A stretch of DNA of 64,000 nucleotides, taken from NCBI GenBank assembly GCA_964016885.1, contig OZ024742.1, positions 187,984,001 to 188,048,000 of the forward strand. Reading direction: 5' to 3'. This document shows positions 57,024 to 64,000 of the stretch, piece by piece. The stretch is from Eledone cirrhosa. Taxonomy: Eukaryota. How positions within the stretch are numbered: the first letter of the stretch is position 1; every line of letters starts with the position of its first letter. The notes under the pieces were generated by a model. It ran no database searches and was not told the origin of the DNA. It was given only the letters and a program-made list of their open reading frames with translations. The translations under genes were made by a program, and so were the position numbers.

Positions 57024-57643
57024 AGTATGTATACGTACATACATATATGTATATAGACGTACAGTAGTATGTTTATATATATACATACATGCACACATAT
57101 ATATGTACGGATGGATTCACCGAACATTTATTATGATGCTCGGTGTGTTTGTAAACAAACATCCCGTATTAAGCCGTAGTGTCTAGCAACCACCGTTGCG
57201 CGTTTGTTCAACACTGACAAAGGAACGCTGTACTAGTTTCAAGCCTATTATCTATCGTCAGCAACGTATACCTTCCTGCCAGACGATTGACGTCTGAAAG
57301 TATATACTTTCCTTATGCATATTAACGGCTGAGTAGCCTAATTTGCATATCGAGTGAGTTAATCGGCCGGGGTACCGAAAACGATAAATGGAAATAATCA
57401 AACGAAATTTCATTTTTCACTCTTAGTACGGCTGTTACTTAAATATAAGTATGTACACGTACATACATATATGTATACAGACGTACAGTAGTATGTATAT
57501 ATATATACATACATGCATACATATATACATGTACGTATGGATTCACCGAACATTTATTATAATGCTCGGTGTGTTTGTAAACAAACACCCGAATTAATTG
57601 TTTACAAACACACCGAACATTATAATAAACGTTCGGTGAATCC
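57024..57643 (-). mobile_element. Family A retrozyme-like unit, 1.35 tandem copies plus terminal fold-back (HHR 57226-57266)
   Basis: Period 424 bp (57024 and 57448). Minus strand reads CGTTG-CTGACGA-TAGAT-AATA-GGCTT-GAAA-CTAG-TA-CAGCG. Fold-back at 57539-57643. Confidence 0.82.
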
Positions 57644-58027
57644 ACATTTTTAAAGTAGTGAATATGTCACTTACTTCTTTTTTCGGCAAAAGAAGGGAGA
57701 TAAGCTAAGTGAGTCTGTTTGACGCTGTTGGCGTTGCTCGGAGCAACGTACTCCTCGCCTTTGCCGAAAATTATAGAGGCTGGATTCTTATAGAATTCCA
57801 GTAATAATCAGGAGCTGATTATACAGAGCAATTGCTGGTCCAGCAAAAATTAATTAGGTATATATACATACATACATACATATACATACATACATACATA
57901 CATATACATACACATACGCGGAGACACATATGTATGAATGTATGTATGTATGCGCGTATTAAATAAATCGTTTGACTTAAAACTCATGAGTAAATAATGA
58001 AATACGCGCAACCCAACACAAATTATC

Positions 58028-58190
58028 ATAATTGTTTCTACATTAGTCATAAGGCCAGCTGTTTCGCTTCTATTGTTTGGGGTGGGGTGGGGGTGGGGGT
58101 TCGGAGGTCGATTACATCGTTCCCAGTGCGTGGCTAGTACTTTATCTTATCGTCCCCGTAAAGGTGAAATGCAACGTTGCCCTTGCCTTT
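58028..58190 (-). mobile_element. Partial SINE family 1 variant
   Basis: attgtttcta..aaggccagc..gtcgattacatcg..gtactttatcttatcgtccccgtaaag.tgaaa.gcaa. Confidence 0.7.
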
Positions 58191-59960
58191 CACGAATACT
58201 GAAGAAAATCGGATAAAGTATACCCCGAGATAGAAAAAATAAACAGAGGTGCTTAAAATCTTCTAAAATGACAGAATTGGTGGCCAGCGACGCTTTAGAG
58301 TAGATTAGACCTCAGGGGGATACTGGGGTGGTTCTCACCTCTGCCTCTCATTTTCCTTTCTCCTGGAGTACTTAATCCTATTTTGTCCACTATTATTTGT
58401 AATTATCGACTGTTGTTATAGTCATTTCTAATTTCCTATACCTAAATGTTAGTACACATGCTCTACATATATTTCTTTCTTTCCGCGTCGTATTTCTCAA
58501 TAGAATATATTTCAGTCGTCACAACAAAAACCTTCACAGCGCTTTCATTCCACATTTTTCTTTTTTTCTTTTCAGAACAAATATGTTCCGTCACATTTTA
58601 TTTTTAGAAACACTGTTCATTAGCTTGGCCTTTCTAGGTGTTGATGGGTCGTTAATATAATTGATGGAATTGTTCCCTTTAATCGACTGTTTTCCCCTTA
58701 TATCTTTTTTTCTTTTGATATCAAAATAGAAATGAGCTATTTCGTGTTCAATACAATTTCTCCTTTCTATTTCGATATAAAATATTACATTATTTCAGCA
58801 AATTTCTTTTTAATGCCTCTTCAATTTATTTTGTCTTTGATGAGTTGAATTGTTTTTTCACCGTTGTGCTTGCAATACTTTTTTTTATAGTTATATTTGT
58901 TGCTTCAATGGAAGTTTTTCAGTATTAAATGTTAACTTGCACCTGGTCACGTTCACCATGTTTTTTGTCTTCCATTTATTTTTGTAGTGAGCAAAATAAC
59001 GAAACAACAACAAACGAAACAAACTAAAAGTATCTATTGAATGATAATCTGAACTAGTGAGATTGACACAGTTTAGGATCAGTTATAAATTATGAAGATT
59101 ATATAGAAAGATGTGTTACACGCAAATGCAGTTCTTGGAATCAAAGATTAGTCAGTTCTCGTTACTAAGGCGTGGTGAAGGGGAATCAATATATCAAAGT
59201 AGGACATTTTGTAGTTTATGTCAGATTGGTCCTACTCATGAGTATTTATGAAAAATACAGTTCAACTGTACTTCTGTAAAACAGAACACGTGGAGCATCA
59301 TGATGCAGGTTGATAATGATGTGTATATATTCGTGATGCAGGTTCATTAATTTCATGAAATTGGTCTACAAACAAAATCCATTTCGACTGCAGTGCCTAA
59401 GAATGTTCCAGAAAAATTGAAGCCATTCAGATAACAGGATTATGTTGCCCTGCTAATTTCCCAGTATCGGACTAAATATAATGGTCAAGAAATTGTGATA
59501 ATAGCCTCACTTGGGTGCTGATGTCTCCCGATCGTTATATTTAGTATGCCTGACTTATGCATGTATGTATGTTTTGGTTTTATAATTTCACAAATTGTTG
59601 TCAATAGAGAGGAGTCGGTTTCTAACATAGATACAAGACTCTTTCCTTGGAATTTACACATCAACTAGGTAGACATGTATGTATGTCTGCATGCATGTGT
59701 GTGCAGGTGTGGATATGTATGTTTTGAGTTGTATGTGTGCATATGCTTTGTATCTGTACAAGTGTATATGCAGTTATTAGATGCAGAAATTTTGGAATGT
59801 TTTACTTATTTTACTTACTGTTCCATTAAGGGATTATACTTGTAATTTCCTAACTAGTCGTGTTTGTATGTATGTGTGTATGTGTGTATGTATATATATA
59901 TATATATATATGTATATGTGTGTGTGTATGTATATATATGTGTGTGTATACACAGACACA

Positions 59961-60009
<49 letters not shown>

Positions 60010-60287
60010 ATGTATATGTGTCTATATTAAACACGCTTTTTTTAAATGCATTTTCTAGTGGTATTTATAGCATAGACATAGTGAAGAAGATGAAACCTAG
60101 TCAAAAGTTTCATCTTAAAGTAGTATAGTTTCGGCCAGACATGAGTCCTATAGAAATCCTATCTTCAAAACGAATACTTAAAGCAGAGGTCTCTTTCCTC
60201 AAGCCGACTGTTCTGTATATTTCAAGATCAGAGTGAATAACTTTTGTGTGGTATATAAATATATATAGATATATATCAGATTTGAAC

Positions 60288-60456
60288 ATAATTGTTTCTA
60301 ATTTAGGCACAATGCCAGCAATTAGCCAGTGCATTACTGGTACTTTATTTTATCAACCCCGTAAGGATGAAAGGCAAAGTCAACCTCGGAGGGATTTGAA
60401 CTCAGATCGTAAAGGGACGTAACTATGCTGGAAAGCATGCTGTCTGCCCCTCTAGC
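60288..60456 (-). mobile_element. SINE family 1
   Basis: Core and 3' end intact, 5' head clipped. Confidence 0.9.
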
Positions 60457-61700
60457 GGGAATCAAATTCGCATTGTCACTCTCGCTCTCACCATCTCTCA
60501 ATTTATAAATTAATAGATATAGAAGCTCCTTTTAAAGCTAGTAATATCAAGCTGGATGCTTTGCCTGTGTCTGTCACTCTTTTTGTCAGCCTCTCTTTCT
60601 GTCTTTCGGTGAGACTGTTTGCCTGTTTTCAATACGCGTTACTTTCAACAGTATCTTAGAAACTTGTATAAGCGCCTGGAGATTTAGGTCACAACATAGA
60701 ACCCGCTTACATATTGGAGATATGGTCAATATTGGGCTTTGAAAACTTAGGTAGTGCTTTTGTTCTGTGTATGAAATTAAATAAATAAATAACTAATGTA
60801 TACACACTCACATACATCACATACATACACGTATACATGCATCACATACATATACACACACACACACATGATGGCTGCAAACAACTCTGCTAAGAGTATT
60901 GCAATCGCTTATCAGATTACAGAAGATGGTGCACTTTTAGGCTACGGCCAACCACACAAACCTGTAACAGATTCTGAACAAGCAATGCCTGTGTTTTGAA
61001 GGTTTTTTTAAGTGGGGAAAGGCCTTGCACTCAACCAAACCCACGCTCTGAGCATCTAAAAGAGTACCCAAAAAGGAGAAGTGGTCAACATCATCGGATA
61101 TTCCGAAGCTACAGGTTTTTGTTTCAAAGTTTCACTCTGCTAGAAAGGTGTTGGGTCAACAACTGGGAGCCCTTCACTCCCAGATAAAAAACCCAGAAAA
61201 GTACTATTTGCCGGGTCTTGTATTTCATCCAAGCGTGTCCAAATATCACCCTCCTCACCAAGAAAACTTGGTGGGGTTGCCAGTTTAGTCGCCGACGACT
61301 CTACCATGAGACAGGTTGTACGGGGTTACATGTTACCAGTAGCACTCGAAAGTAACCTGTCATACACGCATACATTTATAGAGTTTTCCGAATGCCATCA
61401 TGAAGACAGATCAGTTAAACAAAGTACTTAATTCGTTAGTAGACAAGATACATATTTTAATTATATACAATTGACTTCTACTGAACTACGAATTTGTCAT
61501 GTGTTTGAAATCGTCCTGATGATTTCAAATGAAGGAAACTGCTAAACAATACATTTTTTAGGAAGTAAGTAAATAAATAGAAGACACCCACAATGTACTC
61601 ACAAATGCACAGACATACACACACACAATGTACTCATAAACGCACACACATACACACACATATGTATATATATACATGCATGCATATATATACATATATA

Positions 61701-61857
61701 TATAGTTAAATAAGATAACAAGGACGATTGGTTATTCCTTCGTTACTCTTATTGGTTGGTGACGGGCGTTTCGCCACTGACCAGCTCAAAGCCCGACACC
61801 AACCAATAATCGTAATGAAGGAGTAACCAATCGTCCTTGTTATCTTATTTAACTATA
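61701..61857. repeat. Fold-back element with 67-bp arms and 23-nt loop
   Basis: 61701-61767 matches the reverse complement of 61791-61857. Confidence 0.88.
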
Positions 61858-61954
61858 ATACACTCTGTATAACTCTACACCTCGACACTGAAGTGATCCT
61901 AAACATCGAGTGCTCACCCGGGTGGACCTACTGTAACTCCAAGTTACACTCCCT

Positions 61955-62003
<49 letters not shown>

Positions 62004-62006
<3 letters not shown>

Positions 62007-62216
62007 GCAAAAGTTATATTTACTTTGTTGGGATTCAACAAGCTTATAAGCGAACTTTCAACCCTCAACGTTGTTTTTCTACGGGTATGTCAATATTTAT
62101 AAAACATATTTTGTATTTTATCTGATGAAAGCGCACCAAAATTGCCTTGGTTGCCCTTGAAATATATATAATAAAATAATTATGGTTTTATAAATATAGT
62201 TTGCATTTATTAATAT
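62004..62216 (+). mobile_element. Family B copy 3, diverged (HHR 62114-62178)
   Basis: TATTTTAT-CTGATGA-AAGCGCACCAA..TTGGTTGCCCTT-GAAA-TATATA-TA-ATAAAATA. Shares the 5' start tatgcaaaagtt and the 3' end with 4308-4578(-). Confidence 0.82.
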
Positions 62217-63362
62217 ATTGTATTAATAGGTATGCGTGCGAGTGTTTATGTATACATACATATAATATATTTTTCTATATAAATAATATATTTTAAAGAA
62301 TGCCAGTGCATTCAAATCAAAATATCGTGTTGTCTTTATTCCACCAGTGTTAGTAGTATAATATCAATATGTTAGTGGAATAAAGACGCTGACCTATTTC
62401 TCTATCTTTGTACATCTAATATGCACAATCGTTCTGCTTTTCTTTTTATTTAGGCAATTACCCAAATGGTTCAGACTTGCCAGCATTTACAAAGCCGGCG
62501 AATATACATTAATGTTTATGATACCGCTATTGAGTTGACAACTTGATGCCTTGCAAGTATCTTCTATGCTGCACAAACGTATCGTTAGACATTCTCATTG
62601 TTATTATTGTTATTGTTATTATCATTACTGAGTTCTGGTTTGATTGATTTTTTCCCCTCTTCAACGTTCGAGTAATTTCTGCTAGCAAAATGTGATCGCT
62701 TCACGCTCTTTCACAAACTTCTGTTTGCGTATGTGTTCGTGTTGTAATTGATTTTCTTGATCGAACTGTCGACTCTAGTGATGTATATATATATGTTGTG
62801 TTGGCATCGTGGTCGTTTTTGATATCATCGTTGTTGTTGTTGCATTTTATACGTTCACGAATATAGACATCATAATGTATTGGGCCATTTCTCTTTAGTA
62901 TAAAAGAAAGCCTGATTGATGTTTGCTATGTACGATTACGATGTAATTCTATATCAAATGGACTCATTATTGTTCAGTCCGGGTCTGTGTTTCACCACCA
63001 ACATAGTCCTATAATGAGAGGCTAGGGGAAGGTTTGAATTCGATTTTTTTTTAAATGGAAACATTGTTGGCTACTTAGCTGAATAACATCATTTACTTAA
63101 ATAAATTGAAGTTATTTGCTCATATTTTTCACGAATGAATATCAATTCCACCAGAAATAAATTATTCAGCTAAGTGAGAAATTTGTAAAGGAAATGTAAA
63201 AACTACGTAACAACACATAAACCCTGAATTGTCGTATGGAAAGAGAAATAAATCTATTGACAAAAAGACATAAAGCGAAAACAAAAACATTGCAAAACCG
63301 ACACTGCGATCGTAAAAAATATAAAAAAATATTTTCGTTCGTCTTTCTTTTGTTGATACTAG

Positions 63363-63412
63363 CTCTCGGTCGAAACTCTTGGTCGAAACTCTCGGTCGAA
63401 ACTCCCGGTTCG
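63363..63412 (+). repeat. 13-bp tandem repeat (about 3.8 copies)
   Basis: ctctcggtcgaaa ctcttggtcgaaa ctctcggtcgaaa ctcccggttcg. Confidence 0.9.
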
Positions 63413-63494
63413 ATGGCGTGAATCGACTGAGAGAAGAAGCCTGCCTCCTGGACAAGACGCCAGTCAATCGTAGGGTTAAACCCCCAGCTATTGC

Positions 63495-63635
63495 TGGTAT
63501 TCATTTTCACCTGAGTATACTGGAGCAACGTGAAAGAAGAGTTTTGCTCAAGAACACTACACGCAACCCATGAATCGAATCCACAACGTTATGATCGTAA
63601 GTACAACACTCTTACCACTAAGCCACTTGCCTTCA
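63495..63635 (-). mobile_element. tRNA-derived SINE, family 2
   Basis: Minus strand has A box TGGCTTAGTGG, B box GGATTCGATTC, then gtgttcttgagcaaaac..cacgttgctccagt. A decayed relative lies at about 29105-29240. Confidence 0.8.
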
Positions 63636-63656
63636 CACACACGCACACACACACAG

Positions 63657-63708
<52 letters not shown>

Positions 63709-63956
63709 GTGTGTGTGTGTTTGTGCATGTGTGCGTGCGTGCGTGTGTTCCCAAAGAGTATCAGGTGTATATATAAGCATAAATATTTTATATAGAAATT
63801 ACTTTCACATTATTAGAACTGTTTCATTCGTATGAATTTATGAGGAATGTCCTGTTGATTTCATACGAAATCAACAGTGTTAGTCCTTTCAAATATATAT
63901 ATATATATACAGTATAGGTGATTGTATTAGAAAAAGTCGAGTCCCACCGTCAGGCC

Positions 63957-64000
63957 CCGATTTTTTTCGGATTATAAGACGCACCGAAATATAGGACCCA
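63957..64000 (+). mobile_element. Probable left terminus of a Tc1/mariner (Tc2/pogo-like) DNA transposon
   Basis: ccgatttttttcggattataagacgcaccg..tataggaccca resembles CCGTATTTTTCGG..TATAAGACGCAC-type TIRs. The partner end would lie outside the window. Confidence 0.45.

Noticed and set aside
58620-58980. Possible decayed THAP-like sequence on the minus strand (V-PGC ... RLKGTIPSI)
   Set aside because: It needs several frameshifts and lacks the conserved W and CxxHF motifs.
63363-63412. Short repeats here and at 50911-51036 as CRISPR-like arrays
   Set aside because: They are contiguous tandem units without unique spacers, in eukaryotic context with no cas genes.
63560-63635. tRNA gene
   Set aside because: A and B boxes are present but there is no cloverleaf, and it continues into a SINE body.

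Overview
AT-rich eukaryotic (metazoan) intergenic or intronic DNA with no recognisable host gene. Most ORF-track entries are (TA)n/(CA)n/(GA)n artefacts. The SINE family and the LINE mix resemble octopus/cephalopod repeats (my recollection, not verified). Recognisable coding content is decayed retroelements: four Penelope-like element (PLE) remnants with GIY-YIG endonuclease, one also with RT; a near-complete CR1-clade LINE with a PHD-finger ORF1; two Tx1/L1-clade pieces in tandem, with an R4/Dong-clade element inserted in the (ATT)n tract between them; an old RTE fragment; and about ten tRNA-derived SINE copies. The main unannotated signal is a dense set of hand-identified type I hammerhead ribozyme (HHR) motifs. 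There are more than 15 intact or decayed copies in at least 8 sequence families, mostly in short elements embedded in (TA)n microsatellites. They include a 429-bp tandem unit that looks like a non-LTR retrozyme, a U3:A8 core variant, a long-stem family whose fold-back axis coincides with stem II, and a 3.6-kb PLE palindrome with about 1.47-kb arms. All folds and alignments were done by eye and coordinates are approximate to a few bases.
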